Shown: positions 62,978 through 64,000 of the stretch, piece by piece
Position numbering within the stretch: the first letter of the stretch is position 1
How the letters are laid out: each line of letters begins with the position of its first letter
Source of the DNA: Vitrella brassicaformis CCMP3155
Taxonomy: Eukaryota > Protista > Chromerida
Direction: 5' to 3'
DNA length: 64,000 nt
NCBI GenBank assembly: GCA_001179505.1
Contig: CDMY01000287.1
Location: forward strand, 1 to 64,000
Notes under the pieces: model-generated
What the model was told of the DNA's origin: nothing
Seen by the model: the letters and a program-made list of their open reading frames with translations, nothing else
The model's database searches: none
Program-made: the position numbers and the translations under genes

Positions 62978-64000
62978 TCACCTGTCGATAACACAGAGCC
63001 TGAGAATGATCCAACACGTGATCCAACTCGAGAGACTGACAAAGAAAGACACCACGTTCGTCAAAACCTCGTTCTTCCCCATTGGCTCCCATAACCCCAT
63101 CATCGATAGGGCTAACGACACGGCAGCCGACTGCACAGCATTACAGACCAGAAAAGTAATGAAATAAGAGGGCACCGGCAGGCCGGTCTGTATACATGCC
63201 ATTCCTCTCCATCAGGTGATCAATCTCACGCCGTTTCCACGCACACACGGCCACAGCAGCGCGATTGCGATGGGCGACGGAATAAGTGACGTACCAAATC
63301 GGACCCACAGCACACCATAGAACAGCAGATGTGCCAGCGACCACATGGAGATCAGCACATAGTAAGCCCCCTCGCGTACATAGAACAACGATCCAGCAGC
63401 AGCAGCAGCAGAAGCGCGTCGGTGCCGCAACCGCAATAGCACCTCTCGTGTGGCCTGGTGCACCTTCTCACCCTTGATCAGGCAGTAAGGCAGGAAGACC
63501 AAAGACATCAAGATCAACGACAGCAAGAAGGACACCCACTTGACGCCGCACGCTGCCACATTAGCATCCCATATGCCGCGAAGTCCGCCAGCTGTCGTCC
63601 AAAGGTCACGGCCGAGCACTCGAAGCATGGCGGCAAGCGTAATGATAAGCGCAACAGCCATCCGCAGACCACACCGAAGCGAAGAGCTGCCCCCATGCCG
63701 TCGCCCCGCCACCCAGTCGAAGGCGGCGAGAATGAGGCCGACCATGATGGCCGTCGGGATCACGAAATGGAGAGGGAGAGCTCTGGCGAGTATGTTGCTT
63801 CTGTCGCAGCTACAGATGGTTCCCAGCAGCAGCAACACACAGGCCATCAGGCTGTAGGCGAGAGCGAAGAGGGCGTCAGGGATGAGGCCGACCGGCAGAC
63901 AGAACGGACCACGCGGCCCGACGTCATAAAACCTGAACAACCAGACATAAGGCCCAATGCAAATCACAGCAGATCCTGTAGCGTACCGCAGACAGACGTC
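62978..64000 (-). CDS. Intronless multi-pass membrane protein, 5'-truncated by the window edge, one in-frame TGA at 63212-63214
   Basis: Frame open from 64000 to 63215 (many hydrophobic segments), then TGA, then open to the stop at 62978 (WRGMACIQTGLPVPSYFITFLVCN...CVIDR*). No microsatellite introns. Confidence 0.55.

Overview
Eukaryotic, GC-rich, very intron-dense genomic scaffold with seven ~300-N gaps. Short introns are loaded with (TG)n/(CA)n, (GATG)n and (TCTG)n microsatellites. This style, plus an SAHH carrying the plant/alveolate-type insert, suggests the chromerid alveolate Vitrella brassicaformis (inference; not checked against a database). Recognisable genes: ZNF598/Hel2, a C-terminal RING-HC protein, SAHH, STI1/HOP plus an inverted, 5'-truncated, frameshifted second copy, TXNDC9/PhLP3, PIG-Y, a Rab11-related GTPase with His in place of the catalytic Gln, and a secreted two-module fascin-like beta-trefoil protein. 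The stand-out is a ~12.5-kb minus-strand gene (about 31.4-44.0 kb) with the architecture of fungal cell-wall alpha-1,3-glucan synthase (Ags1/Mok1): GH13 - TM - AGS-type GT5 synthase - Ser/Pro linker - multi-TM. Its extracellular domain looks like an animal/actinobacterial-type alpha-amylase rather than the fungal GH13_22 domain. The rest of the window is a patchwork of segmental duplications, mostly inverted, that shuffle STI1 and glucan-synthase exons into chimeric genes. A GIY-YIG nuclease ORF (possible Penelope-like element) sits at the left edge. An insertion junction with head-to-head telomeric repeats followed by intronless DNA sits at the right edge. Exon models were built by hand, so boundaries of hypothetical genes are approximate. 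No tRNA, rRNA or CRISPR array was seen.
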